Notes: generated by a model from the letters alone, not told the origin. Positions 27,000 to 36,327 are shown, numbered from the stretch's first letter. The stretch is DNA of 50,871 bases from an uncultured Candidatus Saccharibacteria bacterium (GCA_964408305.1 CAYOYW010000001.1:11410-62280); one strand, 5' to 3'. Numbers and translations are program-made.

Positions 27000-29448
27000 T
27001 AGAAAAGAGTTGTTCTTTTTGCCCGGAGCTATACATTGTATTTGTTCCGATAATCTTAAAGGTATAGACACCCGGAAGAAGACCATAATCTTTAGGTGTA
27101 AAAACAAGGCGAAACGGGCTAGAGAGTGTTGTTATATAGGTATTATTTATAAAAACATCAGCAGTTGTGAGCCCATAACTGTTTTTATTACTTAGATTTA
27201 CCGTTGCTTTTCCTGATAAAGGAAGCTCCTTTGGAAGTCCGCTTATCTCTATGTCTGGTTTATTCTCTTCGGAATGTACAGTCTCATAATCTGTAGGCAG
27301 GTCGTTTGTTGTTGTTATTGTATATTTATACTTATTTTGTTCCCACCAGGTTTGTACAGCACTGTTCCACAGAGAAAATTGTGGATCTGAAGCAGGGTTT
27401 TGAGGAGTAGGACCTCGTGGGTTCGATTTATCAACCCAGTAAAGTATATCTTGCACATTTGTAATTATGCGCTCCTCTCTTGATTCTGGTGGGGTATTTT
27501 CAGTTGCAAGCTTTCCGGTCACTTTATCTATAAATACAGTTTGGTTTCCCATCCAGATACCTCGAAGGACTGGTTTAAGGGTGTTGAAATCAGGATCAGG
27601 TGTTGGTTTCTCGAAGTTCTTTGTTGGATATTTTTTAAATACTTCTTGAATAAAAGATTTCCATGCTGGCCCAGAAACCGCAGAACCACCTTTTCTCATA
27701 GGTTTATTGTCGTTGTTTCCTGACCACACCCCAACAACAACAGTAGGGGTGTAGCCAATAATCCATGCGTCTTTATTGTCATTTGTTGTTCCTGTTTTAA
27801 ATGCAACACCAGGAATGGTAAGCCCACTTCCGAATGTTGGAGCTCTTGCAGCTGGATCAGAAAGAATATCGTTTATTTGCAGTGCGATGTTTTTAGTAAG
27901 CACCTCGACTGGATTTGGTTCAAATTCTTCAATTGTGTTTCCGCTCCGGTCTTTTATGGAGAGTATTCCTGTTGGTGTATTCTTGATACCACTGTTCGCA
28001 AAAACCCCATATGCACCAGTCATATCAAGGAGTGATACTTCACCGCCACCAAGAACAAGGGAAAGGCCGTAATGTGACTTGTCCTGAAGCCCTGTGATAC
28101 CAAGCGACTTTGCCATGGAGAGTGCATCATCAAGACCAACAAGGTAGAGCATTTTCACCGCAGGAACATTTCTTGATTCAGCAAGCGCGCTCCGTACAGA
28201 AATAGGGCCCTTAAAAAGACCGTCAAAGTCATCTGGGCTATAACAAGTTTTTGGATCACTCGCACAAGTTGTTGAAAACTGTGTTTGCACATCAAAGAGG
28301 ACTGTTTCAGGTGTGTATCCTTTTTGAAGCCCAGCAGCATAGACAAAAGGTTTAAAAGATGATCCCGGCTGTCTTTTTGCTGTCACAATGTTATATGCGC
28401 CATCTATTTTTTTATCAAAATAGTCTCGAGATCCAACCATAGCAAGAATTTGTCCGTTTGTTGGATCAAGCGCAAGAAGACCGCTGTTTGAAGCGTTATT
28501 TGCTTTCTCATTCTCAAAGCTTTTCTCTTTTATAATTTCTTCGGCTTTTTGTTGTAACTCATAGTCTATTGTTGTTGTGATTGTATAGCCCCCATTTTCC
28601 ATTACATCTTCACCGTATTTTTGTTCGAGATAGTCGAGTATGTAGAACACAAAATGTGGTGCTTTAATACTGTTTTGTGCCTGCGTGTTAAAAGTGACAA
28701 CTGCTGTTTTTGCTGTTTCATACTGATCTTTTGTGATATAGCCAAGGTCAAGCATTTTCTTAAGTACAGTGTTTTTTCTTTCCTCAAGCTTATCTTTATT
28801 TTTACCAAACGGAGAGTAGTAGCTTGGGGCTTTTGGTATTGCTGCAAGATACGCTGCTTCAGCAAGAGTAAGCTCAGAGGACTTTTTGTTGAGGTATGCA
28901 CGAGAAGCTTCTTCAACGCCATAAATAGTTCCACCATACGGATTGTCGTTGAGATAAATTTCAAGTATTTGGTCTTTTGTAAAATGCCGTTCTAGTTTTA
29001 CTGCGAGCACCCACTCCTTTACCTTTCTCGTTATTGTTTTACGAGTGTTTAGTAGTGTGTTTTTTATAATCTGTTGCGTAATTGTAGAGCCTCCTTGAGA
29101 AAGACTTCCGCTAAAGATATTTGCGAGCACTGCCCTTAGTATTGAGGTCGGTCGGATACCGTTGTGTGAGTAAAAATGTTCGTCTTCAATTGCGATTGTT
29201 GCGAGGCGAATATTTTCTCCCATTTGTGAAAGGGGAATCTCACTCCGCCTTACTGACTGATGAATATCATAGAGAACAACCTCACCCGTCCTATCTACTA
29301 TTTTTGAAGAGTTTGCTATTTTCCGGGCCTCAAAGTTTGAAAGGTCGGGGAGCTTTATGAGTGATGCCCATACCATTACACCACCAAGAAAGAGAAAGAG
29401 AAGGGCACAAAGCCCTAACACAATGTTTTTATTTGATATTTGTCTCAT
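26989..29448 (-). CDS. ponA: class A penicillin-binding protein (glycosyltransferase + transpeptidase) with a C-terminal beta-rich extension
   Basis: N-terminal TM helix. GT51 motifs AIEDEHFYSHNGI, GGSTITQQ and RKVKEW. Transpeptidase SxxK (GSSFKPF), SRN and KTGTT. A ~200-aa extra C-terminal domain. Confidence 0.9.
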   Translation of the reverse strand: MRQISNKNIVLGLCALLFLFLGGVMVWASLIKLPDLSNFEARKIANSSKIVDRTGEVVLYDIHQSVRRSEIPLSQMGENIRLATIAIEDEHFYSHNGIRPTSILRAVLANIFSGSLSQGGSTITQQIIKNTLLNTRKTITRKVKEWVLAVKLERHFTKDQILEIYLNDNPYGGTIYGVEEASRAYLNKKSSELTLAEAAYLAAIPKAPSYYSPFGKNKDKLEERKNTVLKKMLDLGYITKDQYETAKTAVVTFNTQAQNSIKAPHFVFYILDYLEQKYGEDVMENGGYTITTTIDYELQQKAEEIIKEKSFENEKANNASNSGLLALDPTNGQILAMVGSRDYFDKKIDGAYNIVTAKRQPGSSFKPFVYAAGLQKGYTPETVLFDVQTQFSTTCASDPKTCYSPDDFDGLFKGPISVRSALAESRNVPAVKMLYLVGLDDALSMAKSLGITGLQDKSHYGLSLVLGGGEVSLLDMTGAYGVFANSGIKNTPTGILSIKDRSGNTIEEFEPNPVEVLTKNIALQINDILSDPAARAPTFGSGLTIPGVAFKTGTTNDNKDAWIIGYTPTVVVGVWSGNNDNKPMRKGGSAVSGPAWKSFIQEVFKKYPTKNFEKPTPDPDFNTLKPVLRGIWMGNQTVFIDKVTGKLATENTPPESREERIITNVQDILYWVDKSNPRGPTPQNPASDPQFSLWNSAVQTWWEQNKYKYTITTTNDLPTDYETVHSEENKPDIEISGLPKELPLSGKATVNLSNKNSYGLTTADVFINNTYITTLSSPFRLVFTPKDYGLLPGVYTFKIIGTNTMYSSGQKEQLFSITN

Positions 29449-29499
29449 AGGTTCATCATATATAATTATGCCTTAAAAAACCACTATAAAAGTGTTAGT

Positions 29500-30708
29500 A
29501 TGACTATATATATGACAAAAGACGAGCAAATAGAAACACTTCTTACAAAAGGGGTACAACAGGTTTTACCGAACAACGACTTCCTTTTGCAAAAGCTTTC
29601 TTCAGGCAAAAAGCTTACTATCTATGCTGGTTTTGACCCGACAGCCCCAACCCTTCACATTGGGCACACTATACAGCTGAGGAAGTTGAGACAGTTTCAA
29701 GATCTCGGGCACAAGATAATATTTCTTGTTGGGGATTTTACTGCACGCATCGGTGATCCTACAGATAAAGCGGCTACTCGTAAACAGCTATCTGAAAAAG
29801 AAGTAAAGACAAACCTCAGGTTATACAAGAAGCAGGCCGCAAAATTCATACGGTTTTCTGGACCAAATAGCGCTTCTATTAAATTCAATTCAACATGGCT
29901 TAAAAAACTCCGTTTTGCGGAAGTGGTAGAACTTGCGTCTCATATGACCGTTGACTATATGCTCAAGCGAGACATGTTTGCTAAAAGAATGGAAGAAGAA
30001 AAACCAATATACCTTCATGAATTTTTTTACCCACTTATGCAAGGATATGACTCTGTTGCGCTTAATGTAGACGGAGAAGTTGGTGGTAACGACCAGCTCT
30101 TTAATATGCTTTCAGGACGCATCCTCCTTAAACAAATAAAACAAAAAGAAAAATTTGTTGTCACTGTAAAACTGCTTGAAGACGGCACAGGAAAAAAGAT
30201 GGGTAAAAGCGAAGGAAATATGATAAGTCTCTTAGACTCAGCGATAGATATGTATGGCAAAATAATGAGCTGGCCAGATGGACTTATTGTTCCAGGGTTT
30301 GAACTCTGCACAGACTATAGTATGGAAGATCTTGAGGTTGTAAAAAGGGAGCTCGCTACCGGAGAAAACCCAAGAAATATAAAAATGAGACTTGCGAGAG
30401 AGGTTACCAAACTTTGCACGAGTGAAAAAGAAGCTACACAAGCAGAAGAATATTTTGTCACCACTTTTCAAAAAAAAGAGATACCGGAAGTGGTACCTGT
30501 TCTAAAGATAGAGCCAGGTAGCACTCTCGGTGATACACTTATTTCACATAGTATTGTCTCTTCAAAATCAGAACTTCGTCGTCTTTGTGAGGGAGGCGCG
30601 CTTTCACATCTTGAGTCAGGAAAAACAGTATCTTTTGAAGATACAAAAAAAGTTCCAGAAAAGGGAACTTATAAAATAGGGAAAAATCGTTTTTGCAAAA
30701 TTATCTAG
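29500..30708 (+). CDS. tyrS: tyrosine--tRNA ligase
   Basis: HIGH-type motif PTLHIGH, KMSKS-type motif KKMGKS, GFDPTAP...LVGDFTARIGDP, and a C-terminal S4-like domain. The start could be ATG 29500 or 29512; the track's 29440 start overlaps the PBP gene. Confidence 0.9.
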   Translation: MTIYMTKDEQIETLLTKGVQQVLPNNDFLLQKLSSGKKLTIYAGFDPTAPTLHIGHTIQLRKLRQFQDLGHKIIFLVGDFTARIGDPTDKAATRKQLSEKEVKTNLRLYKKQAAKFIRFSGPNSASIKFNSTWLKKLRFAEVVELASHMTVDYMLKRDMFAKRMEEEKPIYLHEFFYPLMQGYDSVALNVDGEVGGNDQLFNMLSGRILLKQIKQKEKFVVTVKLLEDGTGKKMGKSEGNMISLLDSAIDMYGKIMSWPDGLIVPGFELCTDYSMEDLEVVKRELATGENPRNIKMRLAREVTKLCTSEKEATQAEEYFVTTFQKKEIPEVVPVLKIEPGSTLGDTLISHSIVSSKSELRRLCEGGALSHLESGKTVSFEDTKKVPEKGTYKIGKNRFCKII

Positions 30709-30851
30709 ACCTTGAAGAGTTCCCCAAAAAGCTTTGCCCAGGTTGTCTGGAGGTAGGTAACAACGAGAAAAGAAGGGAGAAAAATAACCGAAAGCACAAC
30801 AAAAAATGCAAATCGGAGTATAAGCAAAAGTGCTTTTTCTACCTGTTCCAT
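30705..30851 (-). CDS. possible 48-aa small membrane protein
   Basis: Not in the track. The reverse frame reads MEQVEKALLLILRFAFFVVLSVIFLPSFLVVTYLQTTWAKLFGELFKV, with one strong hydrophobic helix. Its stop overlaps the tyrS stop at the CTAG palindrome. No other support. Confidence 0.25.
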   Translation of the reverse strand: MEQVEKALLLILRFAFFVVLSVIFLPSFLVVTYLQTTWAKLFGELFKV

Positions 30852-30961
30852 AGGGTTGATACTACCGCAAAATAGTAGTTTTGCAATAAAACCCGTGACA
30901 ATGTTTTATAAATATTGTCTTTCAGTGAGACAGTTTTATCACTGTGTTACTATAGAGGTAT

Positions 30962-31861
30962 ATGACTATTGTAGTTGCTGGTGGTAGTGGATTTATCGGA
31001 ACACAGCTCTCAGAAAAACTCTTAAAGCTTGGGCATACGGTGGTTATTGTTGATATTGCCGCACCTTCTTTTACTCACGAAGCACTCTTTTTCATAAACT
31101 GTAATATTGCACTTCAGCCACTCCCTTACGGAGTGCTTGAAAAAGCAGACGCTGTTATTAATCTTGTTGGAAAGCCCATCAACACTCGTTGGACAAAAAA
31201 AGAGCAGGAAGAAATAAGAAACAGTCGAATATATAGTACACGGCATATTGTTGAGACGATTGCAGCAAGTGCTAATAAGCCAAGCTGTTTCATCTGTGCT
31301 TCAGCGGCAGGGTTTTATGGAGACACCGGTGAGGAGCTTGCTTCTGAAAAAAGCCCAAAAGGAGAAGGGTTTCTTGCTGATGTTGTAAGAGCTTGGGAAG
31401 ACGAAGCAATGAAAGCCGAATCACTTGGTGTTCGTGTTATTTGTGTTCGTACTGGGCTTGTTCTTGGTCACGGAGGTTTCCTCTCAAAAATCCGAAAAAC
31501 AGCGAAGCTTGGTTTTCTATTGAAGCTTAGAAAAAAAGACTTTTGGATGTCGTGGATCCACGAAGAAGACATTGTTGCAACATATATTTTTGCACTTGAA
31601 ACCAACACACTCCAAGGCGTCTTTAATGCAACCGCTCCAGAACAGGTGTTGCACAGTGTTTTTATGAAAACACTCGCGAAAAAAATGAAAAAGAAACTTC
31701 TTGGAACACTCCCTGAGTTTATCGCGAAACACCTCTTTGGAGCATTTTTCTTTGAGGTAACAAAGAGTCAAAGAGTAGAGCCAAAGCGATTACTCGATAA
31801 GGGGTTTTCTTTTTCACACCCAACACTTGATAGTGCACTTAGTGCTATTTTAAAAAAATAA
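30962..31861 (+). CDS. NAD-dependent epimerase/dehydratase family protein (YfcH/SDR39U1-like)
   Basis: Rossmann motif VVAGGSGFIGTQL. C-terminal DUF1731-like segment RVEPKRLLDKGFSFSHPTLDSAL. Confidence 0.8.
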   Translation: MTIVVAGGSGFIGTQLSEKLLKLGHTVVIVDIAAPSFTHEALFFINCNIALQPLPYGVLEKADAVINLVGKPINTRWTKKEQEEIRNSRIYSTRHIVETIAASANKPSCFICASAAGFYGDTGEELASEKSPKGEGFLADVVRAWEDEAMKAESLGVRVICVRTGLVLGHGGFLSKIRKTAKLGFLLKLRKKDFWMSWIHEEDIVATYIFALETNTLQGVFNATAPEQVLHSVFMKTLAKKMKKKLLGTLPEFIAKHLFGAFFFEVTKSQRVEPKRLLDKGFSFSHPTLDSALSAILKK

Positions 31862-31862
31862 A

Positions 31863-32735
31863 ATGAATAGAAAAGATATTGTCGTTTCATCACTACCTGA
31901 ATACACACTCCTTGATTCTGGAGAAGGAAGAAAGCTTGAAAAGTTTTCCGCGACCATACTTGATAGACCAGAACCACAAGCGCTCTGGAGTAAGAAAAAC
32001 AAAACGCTTTGGCTTGATGCACAAGCTCAATTTCTCTGGGCGGATAAAGGGGAACGCTGGAAACAAGCCGTAGATATGCCAGATAAATGGTCATGGAGTT
32101 ATGAAGGTATAGTACTTGAGCTTTCCTGTGGTGGTTTTAAGCATGTTGGTGTTTTCCCTGAACATGCACCCCAGTGGGGGATGCTCTCTCTCCTTGGGAA
32201 AACAAATCCAGGACTTAGTATGCTCAATCTTTTTGGCTATACAGGCGCTGCAAGTATTGCTGGGGCAAAGAGTGGTATGAAGGTTACCCATGTTGATGCG
32301 TCAAAGACTACGATAGGGACAGTTAAAAGAAATGCCGAAGCCTCAGGTCTTTCAGTTGACGCACTCAGACTTGTTTGTGAAGATGCACAAAAATATGCGA
32401 GGCGACTCATTGCTCGAGGAGAGACTTTTGATGTTATTGTGCTTGACCCTCCAGCCTTTGGGAGAGGTCCAAAAGGGGAGGTTTGGAAAATAGAAGAGTC
32501 TCTTCATGAACTTCTCTTGCTCCTCCCGAAGCTTTTGAGTACTACACCAAAACTAGTGCTTCTCAACGGCTATGCTGCAGGATACTCAGCAACTACTTTC
32601 GGCGAACTGCTCCGCGAACTGCTCCCGCTTGGTGCTATTGAATATGGTGAGGTTGGTATTAAAGAGCAATCTTCAGATCGAATATTGACGACGAGTATTT
32701 ATGCGAAGTGGGAACCCGTCGGTGTGCTACAATAG
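31863..32735 (+). CDS. class I SAM-dependent (RlmI/RlmK-like) methyltransferase
   Basis: LNLFGYTGAASIAGAKSGMKVTHVDAS and DVIVLDPPAFGRGPKGEVW. Starts 1 nt after the preceding gene. Confidence 0.8.
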   Translation: MNRKDIVVSSLPEYTLLDSGEGRKLEKFSATILDRPEPQALWSKKNKTLWLDAQAQFLWADKGERWKQAVDMPDKWSWSYEGIVLELSCGGFKHVGVFPEHAPQWGMLSLLGKTNPGLSMLNLFGYTGAASIAGAKSGMKVTHVDASKTTIGTVKRNAEASGLSVDALRLVCEDAQKYARRLIARGETFDVIVLDPPAFGRGPKGEVWKIEESLHELLLLLPKLLSTTPKLVLLNGYAAGYSATTFGELLRELLPLGAIEYGEVGIKEQSSDRILTTSIYAKWEPVGVLQ

Positions 32736-32744
32736 TCTCCTCAT

Positions 32745-33173
32745 ATGGTAAAACTAAAGACAGTACCAGTGTTTTCATATCCAAAAGATCTTGCAATAAA
32801 AAGGGGGGTTAATGGTCTTGGTCTTTTTGCGAAGGTGCCAATTAAGAAAGGAGACTGCATTATTGAGTATGTTGGTGAGATTATTTCTGACGCAGAAGCA
32901 AATCGTCGCGGAGGGAAATACCTTTTCCAGACATCAAAAAACCGCCATATTGACGGTACGAGTAGAAAAAATATCGCCAGGTATATCAACCACTCATGTC
33001 GCCCAAACTGTGAAGCAGACACTATCAGAGGAAGAGTTTTTATCTCAGCTATTAAAAATATAGCAGCAGGAGAAGAGCTTAACTACGACTATGGAAAAGA
33101 GTATTTTGACGAGCATATCAAGCCAAAAGGTTGTTTATGTGTTAAATGTGTAGAAAAAAGAAATAAGAGATAG
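32745..33173 (+). CDS. SET-domain protein-lysine methyltransferase-like protein
   Basis: GLGLFAKVPIKKGDCIIEYVGEII, YINHSCRPNCEA, ELNYDYG, and a post-SET-like Cys cluster CLCVKC. 142 aa. Confidence 0.85.
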   Translation: MVKLKTVPVFSYPKDLAIKRGVNGLGLFAKVPIKKGDCIIEYVGEIISDAEANRRGGKYLFQTSKNRHIDGTSRKNIARYINHSCRPNCEADTIRGRVFISAIKNIAAGEELNYDYGKEYFDEHIKPKGCLCVKCVEKRNKR

Positions 33174-33189
33174 AGAGTATACTTTATTT

Positions 33190-33585
33190 ATGAACAAAGA
33201 AGAGAAACTAAAAACACTCTCTGAAGAAGAGATACAGGTTACACAACACGGAGGCACTGAGAAGCCGTTTGAAAATAAATATTGGAACAACGATGTAAAG
33301 GGGGGTTATCGTTGCAAGGTATGCAGCGCATTGTTATTCAATTCGGATACCAAACTTGATTCGAGTAAGGGGCCCCTTGGGCTTCGAGGTTGGCCTGCGT
33401 TTGAGAATGCTATCCCCGGCTCTGTGGTGTATGAAAAAGACTTCAAGCTTGGATATCCTCGAACAGAAGTACTCTGTGCAAACTGTAGGGCACATCTCGG
33501 ACACCTTTTTGATGACGAGGAAACACAAACAGGAAAACACTACTGTATCAACTCTTGTTCACTAGATTTTGAAGAAGGAAAATAG
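33190..33585 (+). CDS. msrB: peptide-methionine (R)-S-oxide reductase
   Basis: CxxC pairs (CKVCSA, CANCRAH), RGWPAF, and HLGHLFDD. TATACT lies 6 nt upstream of the ATG. Confidence 0.9.
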   Translation: MNKEEKLKTLSEEEIQVTQHGGTEKPFENKYWNNDVKGGYRCKVCSALLFNSDTKLDSSKGPLGLRGWPAFENAIPGSVVYEKDFKLGYPRTEVLCANCRAHLGHLFDDEETQTGKHYCINSCSLDFEEGK

Positions 33586-34272
33586 TTTTTTATTATCTTC
33601 AATTTGTTTTGCTACGATATCTTTTTGTGCTTTCAACGAAGCTTTTTCAGGTGGCATAGAGGTATATATAACCGCGTCTGTTGCAAAAGAAATTTTTCCC
33701 ACCCTTTGGAGTGCGAGGGAGAGATAGAGATCTTCAGCTGGATAGTTGAGCTCTAGTTCTTTGTGTATTTTTAAAAAGGGAGTAAGTCCACTAACTTTTT
33801 CATAGTCTTTTTTTCGAAATGCGAGGTTTGAACCCCAAGCGAAAGCATGGTGCTTCTTGTGCCACAGTTTTCTATTCCATACAAATTGCCACCAACAAGA
33901 AAACTTCCAAAATAGACTATTTTGTATTTTTGTATATCCACCAACAATTGAAACAGCAGCATCCTCTCTGAGTGGGGTCGTTATGTTTTTTATCCAATCT
34001 CGATCTGCCCACGCATCCCCATCACTACAACAGATAATATCTCCCGTACAAGCTTCAATACTGCGTGCTCTTGCTACAATAATGCCACCTTCTTCAAAAC
34101 ACTCAACAGTTCTGACAGGGAACTTCTGCACAATAGTCTTTGTGTTATCAGTGCAATTATGCAAGAGCACGATAATCTCCGTAGGTTTCATACTTTGAGC
34201 AAGGAGGGCTTCTATACAGGCACTTATCGAGAACTCCTCATTGTGTGCAATTACTGCAATAGAGATTTTCAT
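33562..34272 (-). CDS. family 2 glycosyltransferase
   Basis: ISIAVIAHNEEFSISACIEALLAQS and a DxD-like CSDGDAW. 236 aa. Its 3' end overlaps the msrB 3' end. Confidence 0.85.
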   Translation of the reverse strand: MKISIAVIAHNEEFSISACIEALLAQSMKPTEIIVLLHNCTDNTKTIVQKFPVRTVECFEEGGIIVARARSIEACTGDIICCSDGDAWADRDWIKNITTPLREDAAVSIVGGYTKIQNSLFWKFSCWWQFVWNRKLWHKKHHAFAWGSNLAFRKKDYEKVSGLTPFLKIHKELELNYPAEDLYLSLALQRVGKISFATDAVIYTSMPPEKASLKAQKDIVAKQIEDNKKLFSFFKI

Positions 34273-34317
34273 AAGTCGAGTATAGCAAAAGAAGAAAAGC
34301 CCCTTTCGGGGCTCTTC

Positions 34318-34560
34318 TTAATAATCAGTTCTATCTCCGTACGGGTTGAGTATTGCTTCCTCAAACTCTTTATCATTACCAAAGTATCCGTGTTCACTAT
34401 CTTCTTCAGAATCTTCTTCTGATTCTTCACCAACAACTTCGTCGGTGTGCTCTTCTGCCTCATCGTCTCCATGGATGAGGTCTGCATCAGCTTTCTTTTT
34501 TATACCGAGAGCATCAATCTCTCCTTCATCAACATGTTCTTCTTGATCAAATTCACTCAT
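34318..34560 (-). CDS. highly acidic 80-aa hypothetical protein
   Basis: By hand count, 32 of 80 residues are D or E (…EESEEDSEEDSEH…). Same strand as ruvB-ruvC upstream and the GT2 gene downstream. Confidence 0.55.
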   Translation of the reverse strand: MSEFDQEEHVDEGEIDALGIKKKADADLIHGDDEAEEHTDEVVGEESEEDSEEDSEHGYFGNDKEFEEAILNPYGDRTDY

Positions 34561-34612
34561 TGCGCAAAATTTTTACTATTTTGTAATGCAATAAGTTGTA
34601 TCAAAAAGTATT

Positions 34613-35131
34613 TTATTTTGCAAGAGCTTTTTTTCTCTTTTCAACACGCAAGAGCTCGAGCGCTGTTACACCGAGTGCTATTGCGTCAATCTCATCATCG
34701 AGCCGTTTTGTTTTTAGTAGCGCGACGGTGAGTGTCACCATTTTTTCTACCTGTACTTTACTAGCATTTCCAGAACCAGTGAGTGCGAGTTTTATGGCTT
34801 GGGGAGAGACTTCTAGTACAGGAAGGTCGCATATACCTGCAAGTGCAAAGAGTGCACCACGAACTTCGGCAACACGCATGGCGGTACTTTTATTCACAGA
34901 GAAAAAGAGTGTTTCAAGTGCGAGAACATTCGGTTGATATGTTTGTATAAGATTCTCGACCGCATCAAAAATACTCTGTACCCGTTTTGGGTGCTCATCT
35001 TTTTTTTGGCTTGTGACACAGGTAGAGAAGAGTACTGTTGGTTTTTCTCCTCGCTTTGTCATAAAAGCAACACCACAGCGATCATACCCAGGATCTATTG
35101 CAAGAACCACCTCTTTTTCTTCACTACTCAT
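34613..35131 (-). CDS. ruvC: crossover junction endodeoxyribonuclease RuvC
   Basis: VLAIDPGYDRCGVAF (catalytic Asp), ETLFF, and a C-terminal DDEIDAIALG. Its ATG overlaps the ruvB TGA stop (ATGA). Confidence 0.88.
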   Translation of the reverse strand: MSSEEKEVVLAIDPGYDRCGVAFMTKRGEKPTVLFSTCVTSQKKDEHPKRVQSIFDAVENLIQTYQPNVLALETLFFSVNKSTAMRVAEVRGALFALAGICDLPVLEVSPQAIKLALTGSGNASKVQVEKMVTLTVALLKTKRLDDEIDAIALGVTALELLRVEKRKKALAK

Positions 35132-36102
35132 CTTTTTTTGTTTAAATACTCTTTTCCTTTTTCGGTGAGCGTTCTCCCTCTTGGTGTCCGCTCAACAAAA
35201 CCAAGTTGGATAAGATAGGGTTCGACCACATCCTCGATCGTTCCCTCATCTTCTCCAAGGGCTGCAGCAAGATTTTTTACTCCAACCGGACCTCCACCAA
35301 ACTTGTCTTTTATTGTTTCCATGAGAAGCCTATCGTGCACACCAAGTCCGTGCTCATCAAGACCGAGGAGTTCAAATGCTGTTTGTACAGTAGCAGCATC
35401 AATAGTGCTTTTATTCATTTGTGCGTAGTCTCGTACCCTTCTAAGAAGGTAGTTTGCTATTCTTGGTGTTTGTCTGCTTCGCTTTGCAATTTCAGTAATC
35501 TCCTGCTCCTCGAGTGTAATATTTAAAATACCAGCACTTCTTGCAATGATCGTTTCTATCTCTTCTGGTGTATAAAAATCAAGACGGAATGTTCCTCCTG
35601 AAAAACGACTTCGGAGGGGTGAGGAGAGCATACCAAAGCGAGTTGTTGCAGCAAGTAATGTGAATGGAGGAAGCTCAAGTTGCACTGTGCGAGCAGAGGG
35701 CCCTTTCCCAATCATAATGTCGAGTTTTCCAGTCTCCATAACAGGGTAGAGCACTTCTTCTATTGTTTTATTGAGTCTGTGTATCTCATCTATAAAGAGC
35801 ATGTCACCCGGAGAGAGGTTGGTAAGCAGTGCTGCAAGATCACCAACGCGTTCTATCGATGGACCAGAAGTAATTTTAATATTTGCCCCTGCTTCTTTTG
35901 CAATAACATGTGCAAGTGTTGTCTTTCCAAGACCTGCTGGGCCATAAAAGAGTATATGTTCAGGGTTGTGGCCACGCTCTTTCGCTGCTCCTATAAGAAT
36001 AGAGAGATTTTTTTTGATATTGTTTTGACCAATGTATTCAGTGAAGGAGAGTGGACGCAGTACATTGTCGCTAAATTGTTCTTCTTGGGGTGTGCTTGAC
36101 AT
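35128..36102 (-). CDS. ruvB: Holliday junction branch migration ATPase RuvB
   Basis: LRPLSFTEYIGQ, Walker A GPAGLGKTTLA, Walker B LFIDEIHRL, sensor TTRFGMLSSPLRSRF, and a winged-helix C-terminus. Confidence 0.93.
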   Translation of the reverse strand: MSSTPQEEQFSDNVLRPLSFTEYIGQNNIKKNLSILIGAAKERGHNPEHILFYGPAGLGKTTLAHVIAKEAGANIKITSGPSIERVGDLAALLTNLSPGDMLFIDEIHRLNKTIEEVLYPVMETGKLDIMIGKGPSARTVQLELPPFTLLAATTRFGMLSSPLRSRFSGGTFRLDFYTPEEIETIIARSAGILNITLEEQEITEIAKRSRQTPRIANYLLRRVRDYAQMNKSTIDAATVQTAFELLGLDEHGLGVHDRLLMETIKDKFGGGPVGVKNLAAALGEDEGTIEDVVEPYLIQLGFVERTPRGRTLTEKGKEYLNKKR

Positions 36103-36124
36103 ATTTTTGTGACTGTGCTATATT
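36096..36124 (+). promoter_or_regulatory. near-consensus sigma70-type promoter facing the ruvB-pilB intergenic region
   Basis: TTGACA (36096-36101), a 17-nt spacer ending in TGc, then TATATT (36119-36124). It overlaps the first codons of ruvB on the other strand. Confidence 0.5.
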
Positions 36125-36130
36125 GATAGC

Positions 36131-36302
36131 AGATCGGTAACAACACTATTTTACAGCAAGAAGCTATAAATCTCTAAGCAGTCAGCCTCGGTTCTAAGTA
36201 TAGGCGCAGGACGCCTTGGTTTCGACTGGAGCTATCCTACAATCATGCTTTACGTATGTTGCCTTGTCCTCATACGGACTGTTTAGAGATTTATAGTTTT
36301 TT
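36131..36302 (+). ncRNA. candidate structured small RNA of unknown class (~170 nt)
   Basis: A 20-bp closing stem pairs ctataaatctctaagcagtc (36164-36183) with gactgtttagagatttatag (36277-36296). It has one G-U pair on the + strand, which would be a C-A mismatch on the - strand. The stem is followed directly by TTTTTTGTATTTT. Internal hairpins include ggcg-cagga-cgcc and cgtatg...catacg. The promoter listed above lies upstream. No ORF. Confidence 0.4.
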
Positions 36303-36327
36303 GTATTTTAGGGCACCTAGCGCTTTA

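Noticed and set aside
30693-30875. Track ORF 30693..30875 (+), a Lys/Arg/Asn-rich 60-aa product
   Set aside because: It starts inside the tyrS 3' end, has a low-complexity product and no promoter-like box. The antisense 48-aa hydrophobic ORF is a slightly better, though still weak, candidate.
34346-34937. ORFs antisense to the acidic protein and ruvC (34346..34546, 34447..34731, 34596..34937)
   Set aside because: The Ser-rich strings are the mirror image of GAA/GAT-rich coding sequence. ruvC and the acidic ORF on the reverse strand account for the region.
36164-36296. Assigning the intergenic structured RNA to SRP RNA, 6S RNA, tmRNA or RNase P RNA
   Set aside because: I found no SRP domain IV GGAA/AGCA motif, no tRNA-like ends or tag ORF, and no P4-type conserved blocks. 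The length is compatible with 6S, but there is no diagnostic sequence, so the class is left open.
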